From: Candidatus Bathyarchaeia archaeon
GTDB taxonomy: Archaea > Thermoproteota > Bathyarchaeia > Bathyarchaeales > Bathycorpusculaceae
DNA length: 64,000 bases
Direction: 5' to 3'
NCBI GenBank assembly: GCA_050015395.1
Contig: JBEKBM010000005.1
Coordinates: 57,997 to 121,996, forward strand
Shown piece after piece: positions 1-10,684 of this stretch (position 1 is the stretch's first letter; each line of letters opens with the position of its first letter). The notes under the pieces were generated by a model. That model was not told the DNA's origin and did not search any database. It worked only from the letters and a program-made list of their open reading frames with translations. The translations under genes and the position numbers were made by a program.

Positions 1-2072
1 TTACCTCCTTGGTTATTCCATACCCACTGCCCAGTTGTTGAACTAGTATTGCCAAATGCTGTGTCAGCCTTCCATACTGTTGATGTTGTTGCACTCATGT
101 AGCCATTTTGTATGTACCATTGCTCTGCTGTTCCTGAAATGCTTGCCATCCACTCCCATTTTCCTTCATCTCCATATCCCGCAGGACTTGCAGTGTATCC
201 TGTGCCGCTGCTTGACTGGGATAGTGCGAGGACGGTGAAGACGAGGATGTAGTTGACCCGTCCAGGATTATTATAGTTCTCATAGTTAGACAGCATTTGC
301 ATTGACTGGTTTTCATTGCCCATCATTATGAAGCCTACGTTTTCGATTTGTGTGGTATTGTACGTAGTGTTATCGCACAAAGTTGTTACGTTTCCAATAT
401 CGCTTAACCAGTCGCCGTAGTCCCACCAAGCAACTACCACATTATTCGAGGGAACGTTGCTTTGTATCCAACTTAACGCGTCACGCCATGCACTTACTGA
501 TGTAGTAAGGCTTGCACCGCCTATCGGAAGGCTTGATGCACTAATTGCTGTTGGCACGAAAGATACGTTGATGGATCTTGGAACTCCGCCAGCAGTTTGT
601 GGTGAGAAAGCGAAGCACGTTACCAGAATAAGGAATATCAGAAAGACTGCGACACCGCTGTATTCCTTACTTACACGCGCCATTCTACGTTTTGTTTTTG
701 CGAGAGTATGTGGCGCTTCTTTTAGTAAAGTGTAAAACGGTTGTATTAGGCCCAGAACACCTATTCCTGCTATGATTGCATAGGCTGGAGCAAAGATTGC
801 CAGTAAGCGAATCATTGAAGCGGCAAAGAAGAGCGCTGTTACAGCGAAAACTATCAGGAAGATGTTTCTGGTTGTTGGATTTTTTAATATGAAGTAAAAG
901 CCGATGAGGAAGAATAGGATGCTTATGCCGAGTTCGATGTAAACGTCTCCCCAAGCTGTAATTTGTTGTTCAGCCACTGAATTGATAATAGGTGAACTTG
1001 CTCTGATAAAGGGATCTAAAACTGTGCTGAATTTTCCTTCAAGGCCACTGCCAGTAATGAATCCAGTTACATATAATGTGAAAAAACCGCCGACAATTAC
1101 AACTAGTGAGGTAATAGCTAGAAGCATCTTGCTCCTCAAAGATATATTATTCCGCAAAAGTTCTGCAATGAGAAGCAAGACGAATCCTCCAGCGACTGGA
1201 ATTACTGCACCTGACGTTAAGTAGGTAAGTCCCAGATAGGGAACTATTGCTGCTATATATAATGCTAAGCCAAAAGTTATGCTGTAGCTAAGCAGAAGCC
1301 GTGGATTATACCTCTTCAATAGAACTATAACAAAAACGAATAGTACGGTCATGTCAATCATGTAGTATGCTCCACCCCAGCCTGCTATGAAATATGCTAA
1401 GGAGGCAGCAGCGCCTAACGAGTACAATATGGATGCACGTAATGACCTATTGTTGTCAATAGATCTTAGGAATAAGAATACAAATAATATAAGACCAATC
1501 GTACCCGGGACTTGTGTGTCAAAGAATCCAAGAGATGTTCTTTCGATGATTGACGGTTCTAACGCCAAGAATAACGCAGATAATAAACCAACCGTTCTTC
1601 CACCAATGTCCTTGCCTAAAAAATACATTACCAGAACTGAAATCACACCAACTACGGGCGGTATCATTGCGCAAAGTGTCATTAAATTAACGTTTGCGCC
1701 TAACGCTTTGATGACGTCGTAGATTGCTGCTCCTGTTATAGGTATTGATGGCAAAGCGGTAGCCATGTTAAGTCCGAAAGGATACCACAATTGATTGTTG
1801 ATCCAGTGTGTCGGATAATAAGGTGAAAGCAAACCGTGATTTACCATGTATTGTGTTACGCTGAATTGATAGTAAGGGTCAAACTCGTTAAGAAGGGATG
1901 TTCCTCCGGAGAGATTTTCCCAGCGTAAAGGTAAAATGCGGACAATAAATGCAACAAAGAGTATTAGAGCTAACGCAGAATATGCGATTATTTGTCCGTG
2001 ACTTAGTTCCATGCGTAATCTACTGAAAGGTGACAGCCTTTTACTAAGCCGATCTTTAATTCCTTCTCCCAC
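1..2072 (-). CDS. aglB: Oligosaccharyltransferase AglB/STT3 (3' end outside window)
   Basis: Not in the ORF track because it runs off the edge. Manual minus-strand translation gives N-terminal EFDPYYQ, many hydrophobic segments and WWDYG (~415-430). GTG at 2072 follows a GGAGAG element. Confidence 0.93.
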   Translation of the reverse strand, partial: MGEGIKDRLSKRLSPFSRLRMELSHGQIIAYSALALILFVAFIVRILPLRWENLSGGTSLLNEFDPYYQFSVTQYMVNHGLLSPYYPTHWINNQLWYPFGLNMATALPSIPITGAAIYDVIKALGANVNLMTLCAMIPPVVGVISVLVMYFLGKDIGGRTVGLLSALFLALEPSIIERTSLGFFDTQVPGTIGLILFVFLFLRSIDNNRSLRASILYSLGAAASLAYFIAGWGGAYYMIDMTVLFVFVIVLLKRYNPRLLLSYSITFGLALYIAAIVPYLGLTYLTSGAVIPVAGGFVLLLIAELLRNNISLRSKMLLAITSLVVIVGGFFTLYVTGFITGSGLEGKFSTVLDPFIRASSPIINSVAEQQITAWGDVYIELGISILFFLIGFYFILKNPTTRNIFLIVFAVTALFFAASMIRLLAIFAPAYAIIAGIGVLGLIQPFYTLLKEAPHTLAKTKRRMARVSKEYSGVAVFLIFLILVTCFAFSPQTAGGVPRSINVSFVPTAISASSLPIGGASLTTSVSAWRDALSWIQSNVPSNNVVVAWWDYGDWLSDIGNVTTLCDNTTYNTTQIENVGFIMMGNENQSMQMLSNYENYNNPGRVNYILVFTVLALSQSSSGTGYTASPAGYGDEGKWEWMASISGTAEQWYIQNGYMSATTSTVWKADTAFGNTSSTTGQWVWNNQGG

Positions 2073-2455
2073 TTTAAGCCATCTCTCCACACATTAATTG
2101 CGATTTTCTGTTTAATTCTTAATTTATACACATTGGACATTTATTTATGGCTTTCCAAAATGAACTGACATAGCTTGGTGGCTAATGCAGTTTGATTATA
2201 TTGCAATATAATCCACTAGCTAAACTATATAGCCTTTTTTTAACCGAACTCTAAATTCCCAGCTAAAACAGGCAAAAAAGTCGTCGTCAGAAACCCTAAA
2301 GGTCAACAAACGATAACCATATTTTTCTTCACTATGAACCATGTTTTGGACAGACGTTGCATAAACTTACTTAGCGACTTACCATTCTGGTTTTGGCAGC
2401 TTCCCAACGCTCTTCTGGTAGGTTTAATCGAAGCTTTTGGTGAGCGTACCCTAAT

Positions 2456-2629
2456 CTATCGACGCTTAATTATGGGTTTAACTTCAACCTCTATAGGTAA
2501 CAATGAAAGTTTCCTATTACATGCTGGGCATTTTCCACTATTTTGCGAAATAATTTCGTCTGGTGGTTTAAGCTCACTGCCTTCATATAAAACATGATTG
2601 CATCCATGGCAAATAACTCGTTGCGGCAT
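2456..2629 (-). CDS. Small zinc-ribbon protein (57 aa)
   Basis: Manual translation MPQRVICHGCNHVLYEGSELKPPDEIISQNSGKCPACNRKL...; two CxxC pairs. Confidence 0.7.
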   Translation of the reverse strand: MPQRVICHGCNHVLYEGSELKPPDEIISQNSGKCPACNRKLSLLPIEVEVKPIIKRR

Positions 2630-3013
2630 CCCAAATCCCCCGATAATAACATGCTATGGCATATTTATTAGTTGCTAAACAAAATTAACCCTTAGCTAAG
2701 ACTGTGCTTGTCAAGTAACTGCAAAGGTATGTATTTTGTTCTTGGTTTTTGTTTTAGGCTATTTGTGTGTGCTCAGCCTACCTACCCGGTCTACTAGATG
2801 CTTCTAATATGCTTCAAATATGATTCAACATAGTTCTGCATGGAACCGACGACGGTGTTTTTCATTGCTTTTCAATGCTTTTCAACATGCTAACCTGTTT
2901 TTTTGATGTAGAGGAAAAACACTAAAAAAAGAAAAAACAAGAACTAATAGATACCTGCAAAGTTTATTTTAAGAAGGACTATTGGAATGTTAAAGCGTGT
3001 GGTTTAACAGCCC

Positions 3014-5089
3014 TTGGGAAAATACAAGTTAATCGTTACTGAAAAACCTGATGCCGCAAACAGAATAGCTATGGCTTTGGACACCGATGGGAAAGCCAAA
3101 AAAATAGTTGATAGCGGCGTTCCATATTATCAAGCATACAGAAACGGCGATTTAGTTGTCGTTCCAGCCATCGGGCACCTATACACTGTTGCAAGCAAGG
3201 AAAAAGCTAAACGGGATTATCCAGTTTTCGATTATCACTGGGTTCCAAGATACCTAGCTGAACGGGGCGCATCAAAGATCCGTGTTTGGCTAAATGTAAT
3301 TGCTAAACTAGCAGAAAACGCTGAAGAGTTCGTAGATGCTTGCGACTTTGACATTGAAGGCAGCATCATAGGCTACTGCATACTCAAGTACGCTTGCGGT
3401 AGCAAGGAAAAAACTGCCAAACGCATGAAATACTCCACACTCACAACAGAGGAACTGCAAGAATCTTACGCTCACTTATTGCCGCATTTGGATTTTGCTC
3501 TTGTTGAGGCTGGATTGACAAGGCATGAAATAGATTGGCTCTACGGCATAAACCTGTCTAGAGCCTTAACAATGGCTGTGAAAAGCAGTAGTGGACAATA
3601 TGCTACACTCAGCACTGGTAGAGTGCAAGGGCCAACCCTCAAATTTCTTGAAGATCGAGAAAAAACCATAAAGTGCTTCGTGCCCGTTCCCTACTGGAGC
3701 ATAACCGCTAAAATAATCATAAACGACACAGCATACGAAGCTGAATACGAAAAAATCCTCGAAAGCAAGCAAGAAGCAACGGCAGTAATGGATGCCTGCA
3801 AAACCAAAGAAGGCCAAATAGAAACAATAGCTCTAAAAGAGTTTGAGCAGAACCCACCAGTACCCTTTGACTTGGGCGCTTTGCAAAGTGAAGCTTACAG
3901 AAATTTCCACTTTACGCCGATGCATGCTTCAAACATAGCTCAGCACCTGTACTTAGACGCATTAATCTCTTATCCCAGAACAAGTAGCCAAAAGCTTCCG
4001 CCAGCAATCGGCTACGAAGCCGTATTAAGAAAACTAGCTAAACTGCCTGCTTACGGGAAACAGGCAGCTGACCTGCTCTCTAAACCAGTTTTGAAGCCAA
4101 ATGAAGGAGAAAAAGCCGACCCAGCGCATCCAGCCATTTACCCGACTGGGAACCTGCCCGAGAAACCCCTTGGCACAGCTGAAAGAAATATTTTCGATCT
4201 TATCATACGCAGGTTCATGGCTGTTTTCGGTGAGCCTGCCATTCGTCAAAGCACGAAAGCAACAATTAGCATCAGCGGGAATCTTTTTCACTTGAACGGA
4301 ATGCGAACGTTAAGTGAAGGGTGGCTTCGATTTTACAAACCCTATGTTCAACTGGAAGATGTGACCTTGCCTCCTTTAACCCAAGGACAAAAAATCACTG
4401 TTAAAAGAGTAGTTGTGAAAAATAATTTTACTAAACCACCCGCAAGGTATAACCCTCGCACTTTACTTTTGAAAATGGAAAAAGAGGATATAGGCACCAA
4501 AGCAACGAGGGCAGCAACAATACAAACGTTATACGACCGCAAATACCTTCGCGGGACGGATAGTCTTGCCGTTTCTGACCTTGGCTTTGAAGTCATCGAA
4601 ATCCTCGCAAAGTATTGTCCAGCCGTTGTCTCACCTGAACTAACTAGAAAGCTTGAGGAGAAGATGAATGAAATCCAGCAAGGAAAAGAAACAAAAGAAG
4701 CTGTATTGCAAAACGCCGTTGAAATCTTAAAGCCAGTCCTATTAGAGCTTAAGGAGAAAGAATCAGTTATAGGCGAACAATTAAGTCAAGCGTTGAAAAA
4801 AGCTCGGCTTGAAGAAAGAATAGTTGGTGCATGCCCAAAATGTGCTGATGGAAAACTAGTTATTTTGCGCTCGAAAAAAACTGGTAAACGTTTTGTTGGC
4901 TGTACAAACTATTTCGAAGGTAAATGCAACGTAACTTTTCCGCTACCTCAAAGTGGTACAGTAAAACCGTTAAATAACACTTGCAAAAGCTGTGGGTGCC
5001 CCATATTGCATGTGTGGATGAAAGGGAAGAGATCTTGGAAATTATGCCTAAATCCTAATTGTCCCTCAAAAGGAGCGAGCAACCAGTGA
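3014..5089 (+). CDS. topA: Type IA DNA topoisomerase with C-terminal Zn ribbons
   Basis: TOPRIM VTEKP and DxDxEG, GRVQ, active-site ISYPRT, GTKATR, C-terminal CxxC repeats. Confidence 0.97.
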   Translation: MGKYKLIVTEKPDAANRIAMALDTDGKAKKIVDSGVPYYQAYRNGDLVVVPAIGHLYTVASKEKAKRDYPVFDYHWVPRYLAERGASKIRVWLNVIAKLAENAEEFVDACDFDIEGSIIGYCILKYACGSKEKTAKRMKYSTLTTEELQESYAHLLPHLDFALVEAGLTRHEIDWLYGINLSRALTMAVKSSSGQYATLSTGRVQGPTLKFLEDREKTIKCFVPVPYWSITAKIIINDTAYEAEYEKILESKQEATAVMDACKTKEGQIETIALKEFEQNPPVPFDLGALQSEAYRNFHFTPMHASNIAQHLYLDALISYPRTSSQKLPPAIGYEAVLRKLAKLPAYGKQAADLLSKPVLKPNEGEKADPAHPAIYPTGNLPEKPLGTAERNIFDLIIRRFMAVFGEPAIRQSTKATISISGNLFHLNGMRTLSEGWLRFYKPYVQLEDVTLPPLTQGQKITVKRVVVKNNFTKPPARYNPRTLLLKMEKEDIGTKATRAATIQTLYDRKYLRGTDSLAVSDLGFEVIEILAKYCPAVVSPELTRKLEEKMNEIQQGKETKEAVLQNAVEILKPVLLELKEKESVIGEQLSQALKKARLEERIVGACPKCADGKLVILRSKKTGKRFVGCTNYFEGKCNVTFPLPQSGTVKPLNNTCKSCGCPILHVWMKGKRSWKLCLNPNCPSKGASNQ

Positions 5090-5310
5090 AATGCAAAATT
5101 TGCAGTAGCGAAGAACAAGAAAACGGTTTCTGCATATTGCATTTAAAGGCTTACCAAAATGTCATCGAAAAATTTAATGTCTGGAGGGAAGCATCGGGTA
5201 TACTTTGGATTGATTATTTAGTTGAGATTCAGAAAAATTCATTAACTGGAGAATGGGCTAAAGAAGTAGTAAAACACCTAATCAAGGAAGAGAATAGAAA
5301 TGTCAAGTAA
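5086..5310 (+). CDS. Small hypothetical protein, probable Zn-binding (CxxC...CxxH)
   Basis: GTGA overlap with the topA stop; MKCKICS...GFCILH. Confidence 0.65.
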   Translation: MKCKICSSEEQENGFCILHLKAYQNVIEKFNVWREASGILWIDYLVEIQKNSLTGEWAKEVVKHLIKEENRNVK

Positions 5311-5722
5311 AATAAAGAAGCGCTCTTCATCTGTATCCTTTTCGCTGAGTCGATGGTTCCGCAGAATTTCAACAACTACTCCTTCATCACTCATAATTAC
5401 TGTTGTTGGAATTTTATACGCCATCTTTATTTTTGGTGGTGGCTTGTTTACTCTTATTGAGCGTCCTCGACCCTCAGCCTACGTTAATGGGGTTTTCTAT
5501 TTCCTCTATCCAAGTATCAGTTCACAATTCATATCAGACACTGTAATTGCGGCAATATTGTATGGTTTTGGTTTCATCGGTCTGTTTGTTATTTATCAAA
5601 GTACCAAGAGCGCTTACAACCCAAGGCAAGCTTACATGATGCTAGTCATAGGCGTAGCATTTTTGTTTCTTTCATACATATTCTTGGAAGGCGCGATTGC
5701 TTTCAAAACATCTGGCGGATAA
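5300..5722 (+). CDS. 3-TM membrane protein, OST3/OST6 C-terminal or DC2(OSTC)-like
   Basis: 140 aa, three hydrophobic helices; the pattern GG-LF-x3-ERP...QFIxD...G-x2-G...IG...LS...K resembles DC2/OSTC as recalled. Confidence 0.55.
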   Translation: MSSKIKKRSSSVSFSLSRWFRRISTTTPSSLIITVVGILYAIFIFGGGLFTLIERPRPSAYVNGVFYFLYPSISSQFISDTVIAAILYGFGFIGLFVIYQSTKSAYNPRQAYMMLVIGVAFLFLSYIFLEGAIAFKTSGG

Positions 5723-5751
5723 CTCTGCCTTTTTTCCATAGGTTTTTCTTT

Positions 5752-6243
5752 TTACCAAGGGTTTCTTTTTAGTTTCATTTTGTATGCTAAGAAATTTGTT
5801 AATAAATGAATAGGCGGAGTAATCAGCAAAACTGTAACTGCCAATTCCCAATTTACAATGGCTAAAGGAACCGAAAACACGATTGCACCAATGGCAAAGT
5901 CAACTTGGTCAACTATAGGAAGTGAACCTCCAGGAGCAATCCCTAATCTTCTCTTTAAAAAAGCGCCTGCCAAATCGCCTAAAAGCGCCCCTAAAGGAAT
6001 CAGCACGCTAAATAGGATTGGAAAACCAAAAAGTACGCACTCAATTGATCCAACTAATATGCCGATTGCTAAGCCGAAAAAGAAGCCCCTGAAAGTTTTG
6101 TTGTTTCCAAAGATTCGTTTTCCATAGAAGTTCTTTCCGAAATCCATCAGTGTTCCTCCGCCGGCAAGCACTGGCGTGGCGTTTGCGCAGTAGGCTGGGA
6201 AAATAAATTTTAGTGCTTCAACGATTAGTTGGGTTATTTCCAT
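5752..6243 (-). CDS. carS: CDP-archaeol synthase
   Basis: PAYxANxxPV, DFG, KTxRG, GDLxGAFLKRRLG, DQxDF motifs. Confidence 0.95.
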   Translation of the reverse strand: MEITQLIVEALKFIFPAYCANATPVLAGGGTLMDFGKNFYGKRIFGNNKTFRGFFFGLAIGILVGSIECVLFGFPILFSVLIPLGALLGDLAGAFLKRRLGIAPGGSLPIVDQVDFAIGAIVFSVPLAIVNWELAVTVLLITPPIHLLTNFLAYKMKLKRNPW

Positions 6244-6254
6244 GTGGTCAACCA

Positions 6255-6953
6255 TCATTCGCGGAATTCAGTATCTTTTATTCCGGTTTCGCCTATTTGT
6301 ACATAACAAGTAACTTCTTGCTTGTTTTCCCGTGTTTCAAGAACAACTTTGATTGTTTGAGGATAGTTGGTAGGTTTCATAGCGATTATTGTGTCAGCCC
6401 AGAATTTTAAAACTCTGTTTGCAACGGGCGCGACACCGACGTTTGGGTAGTCATCAAAAACGCATCTTACTTGGCTTACTATAATAACTGGGATTTTTCG
6501 GATTTTTGCTGTTTGCGCTAAAATTGCTAATTGCCTGTTCAATTCACGGTTTACGCTGAAGGCTTTGCCAGAGGACTCAGCAACTTTTGCTCCATACAAA
6601 GATGTGAAGGTGTCAATTACTATTAACCCAAAATTTTTTGCTGTATAATCTTGAATACGATCTATAACTGCCGTTTGCTCATGGAAATCCTTAGGTTTAA
6701 TTAAAATGACTTGCTCAGCAACCTGCTCGAATTTATCCGCTGAAAGTTGGGAAAGCCTTTTGGTTGAGAAAGTGTTATCGCAGTCAACAAAGAGTGTCTT
6801 GTAGTTTTGTAATGCACAACTAACGGTGCATTGTATGGCAAACGTTGTTTTTCCAGTTTCGGGTTCACCATAAATTAAAGTAACGCTTTCGGGTGAAATG
6901 CCCCCGCCAATGTTTCTATCAATGCATCTGCAGCCAGTGTGAATTGTGACCAT
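6255..6953 (-). CDS. radB: RadB-like RecA-family ATPase
   Basis: Walker A GEPETGKT, Walker B LIVID, short RecA core with no N-terminal domain. Confidence 0.85.
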   Translation of the reverse strand: MVTIHTGCRCIDRNIGGGISPESVTLIYGEPETGKTTFAIQCTVSCALQNYKTLFVDCDNTFSTKRLSQLSADKFEQVAEQVILIKPKDFHEQTAVIDRIQDYTAKNFGLIVIDTFTSLYGAKVAESSGKAFSVNRELNRQLAILAQTAKIRKIPVIIVSQVRCVFDDYPNVGVAPVANRVLKFWADTIIAMKPTNYPQTIKVVLETRENKQEVTCYVQIGETGIKDTEFRE

Positions 6954-7039
6954 TTTTTACCCTTTTTCGCGTCAAGATTATAAACTTGAAACTAGTAATG
7001 TGTTTTGCACTTAAACGTATACTATTTAAGGTTGATTTA

Positions 7040-7687
7040 TTGAAAGAAAAAGTTGCTATAGCAACAGTAGAGGGAAAAGCCTACTTTCTAATCGTAAACG
7101 AGTTAAGAGAACAAAATATCCCCTTCATAAGTCTGGTTCCAGGCGAGTCAGTGCCTGCCGAAGTGAAAGTGATAATAACAACCGAGAAGGAAAAACACTT
7201 AGTAAAAAACGAAAAGATACTAATCTTAGCAAGCGAAGATGAACTGGACAATTTGGTTAACGAGGTAAAGCGAATACTTCAAGGAAAAGAAGCCTACGAA
7301 AAAATCTTAATCGGCATTGACCCAGGTAACGCAATTGGGCTGGCAGTAATTGCCGATGGAAAAGTTATTGAGGAAGGCAACTGCTTTAGCACGCAAGAGG
7401 TAATTAACAGCATAATTAAGACAATAAGAAACGTTAATTCCACAGTGACAGGCGTTTCCGTTAAAATTGGGAATGGTGTTCCTGTTTACAAGGAATTAGT
7501 CGAAGCCTTAGATGATGCTTTACCGCCTGCAGTTGTGCTGGAAGTGGTGAGTGAGGCAGGAACCAACCGACCCCTAAAAAAGAACAAGCGCAGCCGAAGA
7601 ATCAGGCATATTTCTTCAGCCATACGGATTGCTGGAAGAACAGGCTATATTATTCCAAGGAGGAAGATGATTGCAACAAATAGTTGA
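7040..7687 (+). CDS. Hypothetical protein with RNase H-like (IGIDPG) domain
   Basis: IGIDPG...GLAV, KIGNG, VSExGT, HxxSAIRIA; start uncertain (ORF track gives 6986). Confidence 0.7.
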   Translation: MKEKVAIATVEGKAYFLIVNELREQNIPFISLVPGESVPAEVKVIITTEKEKHLVKNEKILILASEDELDNLVNEVKRILQGKEAYEKILIGIDPGNAIGLAVIADGKVIEEGNCFSTQEVINSIIKTIRNVNSTVTGVSVKIGNGVPVYKELVEALDDALPPAVVLEVVSEAGTNRPLKKNKRSRRIRHISSAIRIAGRTGYIIPRRKMIATNS

Positions 7688-8759
7688 ATCCAATAGGACA
7701 CTGCTGGTGGATGGTCCAGCATCTGTGTGTGTTGTTTCTGGCAAGGCTGAAATGTTCGGTTATCAATTAAAACAAGCAGTAAAAATTGTGGTTCGTGAAG
7801 GAAAGCGCCTGCCATTTTTTGCCCTTGAAAAAGCAGTTTTTGACGTTTCGTTAGGACCAAACGCAAGCATTGAAGAAGTTGACGGCAGCACAATTCCAGA
7901 GTCGTGGAATAAACCTCTTGAAGCAATTTTGAGCGTGCAAAAGAAGCCAGTTGTTGTTCTGCTTTTGGGAAAAATTGATTCTGGAAAAAGCAGTTATTGC
8001 ACTTATTTAGTAAACAAGTTGGTTAACGGAAAATGCAGGATTGCTGTTTTAGACGGCGATTTAGGTCAATCAGACATCGGTCCCTCAGGAACCGTGGGTT
8101 ATGCGATAATTTCCAAGCTATTGACAGAATTGGACAATTTGAAGTTGCAGAACGCTTTTTTTGTGGGTGATACCTCGCCGATAACGGCAATAGCTAAAAC
8201 AATTGAAGGCTTAGCCGCTATGAAGGCTGAGATTTTACAGAGACCCGTTGATTTTGTGGTAGTTAATACTGATGGTTGGGTTACAGGCGATATTGCTGTA
8301 AGCTACAAAACGCAATTAGTCAAAGAGCTAAAGCCAGACGTCATAGTTGGCATACAAGTTGAAGATGAACTTACGTCTCTTATTGCTAACTTGGAAAACA
8401 CTTCAGTGATTACGGTCGAGCCCTCTTCTTCTCTTAATCAGCGGAGCGCAGAAAAACGCAAAAGCCTGCGCGAAATGACTTATGCAAAGTACATGAAAGA
8501 CGCAAAGCTTCAGTGCTATCCATTAAGCCAAGTGACAATTGAACCAAAAGAGGCTCTTCCAAAGAATCAAGAGCCAGAAAAGGGACTACTTGTCGGGCTA
8601 TACGGTTCTGAAAGCAAATTCTTAGGGATCGGTGTCTTGCGTGAAATTAACCAGATGCGGAAAGCGTTAAAAGTTCAAACTGCAGTTTCAGCTAAGCCGC
8701 AGAGGCTTGTTTTTGGAAAAGTTGTCTTAAACGAGAAGTTACAGGAAATTCAAGACTGA
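7671..8759 (+). CDS. Clp1/Grc3-family polynucleotide 5'-kinase
   Basis: GKIDSGKS P-loop, DGDLGQSDIGP, VNTDGW, R-x3-R lid. Confidence 0.92.
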   Translation: MQQIVESNRTLLVDGPASVCVVSGKAEMFGYQLKQAVKIVVREGKRLPFFALEKAVFDVSLGPNASIEEVDGSTIPESWNKPLEAILSVQKKPVVVLLLGKIDSGKSSYCTYLVNKLVNGKCRIAVLDGDLGQSDIGPSGTVGYAIISKLLTELDNLKLQNAFFVGDTSPITAIAKTIEGLAAMKAEILQRPVDFVVVNTDGWVTGDIAVSYKTQLVKELKPDVIVGIQVEDELTSLIANLENTSVITVEPSSSLNQRSAEKRKSLREMTYAKYMKDAKLQCYPLSQVTIEPKEALPKNQEPEKGLLVGLYGSESKFLGIGVLREINQMRKALKVQTAVSAKPQRLVFGKVVLNEKLQEIQD

Positions 8760-10684
8760 ATTTTAAAGAAATTGCTGATTTCCCTTGCCAGAGCACCTTT
8801 TTCGTTAGGTAACGTTTTCATTCCATTGCTTATCCATGACGGGAGGAAGCCACGGCAATAATTTGTTGCAAAGCGATAGTCTAAAAAGACTATGGCTCCT
8901 CGGTCGTCCAATGTCCTGATTGGTCTTCCTGCGGCTTGAGAAGCCTTTTTCATAGCGGGCAAAACATAACCATATTCACGCCCAAGCCCCGGAAAACATT
9001 TCTCGTAATAATCAATCTGTGCTTTCACCCTCGGCGTCGGCGTAGCATACGGAACTCCCACGACTATTACGGAGTTCATTTGGTTGCCTGGAAAATCTAC
9101 GCCTTCCGAGGTTCTTCCGCCTTGAACGCCAAGGAACACGGCGCCGTTTCGGTCGCCGCATGCTTTGAAGTCTGAGACCATTTTCTCGTTTGCTTTAGAA
9201 GTCATGCCTTTTCGCTCGTGGAACAGCGGTTTTTCTATTACGTTTTCTAAGCCTTCGGCAAGTAGCGCTTTTAGTACTCCGAATGAAGCAGCGAAAACTC
9301 CAGTGTTCGCCGGAGTATTCTGTGCAACCTCGTTTATCCGTTGTATGATTGTCTGGTACATGACGGGTGTTCTTTTTTCCATGGCTGTTGTGACGCCGAG
9401 GCAAACGGCTGAGAACACGTGTTCTTTCGGAAACGGCGATGGCACAATGCATTTCACGGTGCTTTCTGGGAGTCTTGTGATGCGTGAGTAGGCTTCCAGC
9501 GGCTGAAGTGTACCCGACATTATCACGTTGGCGTAAGTGGATGAGAAAACTGGTTCAGTGATTTTCGAGGGGTCCAGCGAAACTATTTCGAGCTTTGCTG
9601 TTTTGTTGTTTTCTTTGTTGAAGTATCTGCTTGCGACATTGATGAATGAAGTGTCGCCTAGGTTTTCCAGCCACTTGAGCATGAACTCGCCCATTGCATG
9701 AATGTAGGAACGTGGGTTTTTTCCCTCAGCCAACAAACTTTTTCTTACTGAGTTGCCGACTTCGTGGAATTGCTCAAAGAATTCTCTGGGATTGGTTATG
9801 CTTCCTTGTTTTTGAATAATTTCAATAATACGGTTTGGAGAAATTATTTCCTCTCGATTAATCTTGTCGGTTAATTTTTCCACTTCAATCCTGAAAAAAT
9901 GTGCGAAATCTTCAATGTCCCTGTTATTGAACCTGTTAGCTTCCAGCTCTGCCTGTTTCATTACGAAGAGGGATAGGGTGCTGCTTGAGATGTCAATAGC
10001 TGTCTCAGGCAAGTTATGGGCTTCGTCAACGATTAGAATGATTTTTTGTAGCTCTGTTTCAAGATTTTTCAAAAAAGCTTTGCGTATGTCGGGGTCGAAA
10101 ACGTACAGGTAGCTTAATGCAACGACTTTAGCGTCAGATAAGGCAGATTTGACAAGTTCGTATGGGCAAACTTCTCTTTTCATGCAGATGCTTTGGATTT
10201 CAGATGCCATGTAAGGTCGAGTAGCTATTTGCTGTTGAAGCAGGAGGTAATCATATGTTCGCTCATCCACGTTAATGTAGTATGGGCATCTGTTTTTTGC
10301 CTTCAATAACTCACAGACTTCCATAAGAGACTTTGAATCAAAAGCGCCTCTAGTAGCGAAAACGTTAAGGCACATTTCATTGCGTCCACGAATGGAAACG
10401 CCTGTAACTTGATGCTTTCTAAAAACTGCCCTTAACTCTTCAATCACGCGGTCATGCTGGCGGTGAGTCCGCGCGACATATAATATTTTTAGGTTTTTCT
10501 CTATTGCTACTGGTAAACAAGCGGAAAGGGCAGCAATTGTTTTTCCAAGACCGTTGCTGCCTTCAATTAGAACAGAACGTCTATCGTGTACGGCGTTGAA
10601 AACTGTGCTTATGAACTCGTCTTGGTGTGGCCGCACACTATTGTAGGGGAAATACTCTGTAACTTGGCTTGGCAGTTTAATCAT
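8750..10684 (-). CDS. xpd: XPD/Rad3-family Fe-S DNA helicase
   Basis: Q motif RPHQ, GLGKT, four Fe-S cysteines, DEAH, SGTL, SEGVDF, QAAGRPIR. Confidence 0.93.
   Translation of the reverse strand: MIKLPSQVTEYFPYNSVRPHQDEFISTVFNAVHDRRSVLIEGSNGLGKTIAALSACLPVAIEKNLKILYVARTHRQHDRVIEELRAVFRKHQVTGVSIRGRNEMCLNVFATRGAFDSKSLMEVCELLKAKNRCPYYINVDERTYDYLLLQQQIATRPYMASEIQSICMKREVCPYELVKSALSDAKVVALSYLYVFDPDIRKAFLKNLETELQKIILIVDEAHNLPETAIDISSSTLSLFVMKQAELEANRFNNRDIEDFAHFFRIEVEKLTDKINREEIISPNRIIEIIQKQGSITNPREFFEQFHEVGNSVRKSLLAEGKNPRSYIHAMGEFMLKWLENLGDTSFINVASRYFNKENNKTAKLEIVSLDPSKITEPVFSSTYANVIMSGTLQPLEAYSRITRLPESTVKCIVPSPFPKEHVFSAVCLGVTTAMEKRTPVMYQTIIQRINEVAQNTPANTGVFAASFGVLKALLAEGLENVIEKPLFHERKGMTSKANEKMVSDFKACGDRNGAVFLGVQGGRTSEGVDFPGNQMNSVIVVGVPYATPTPRVKAQIDYYEKCFPGLGREYGYVLPAMKKASQAAGRPIRTLDDRGAIVFLDYRFATNYCRGFLPSWISNGMKTLPNEKGALAREISNFFKIQS

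Noticed and set aside
2334-2597. 87-aa plus-strand ORF
   Set aside because: No recognisable motifs; overlaps the better-supported minus-strand Zn-ribbon ORF at 2456-2629.
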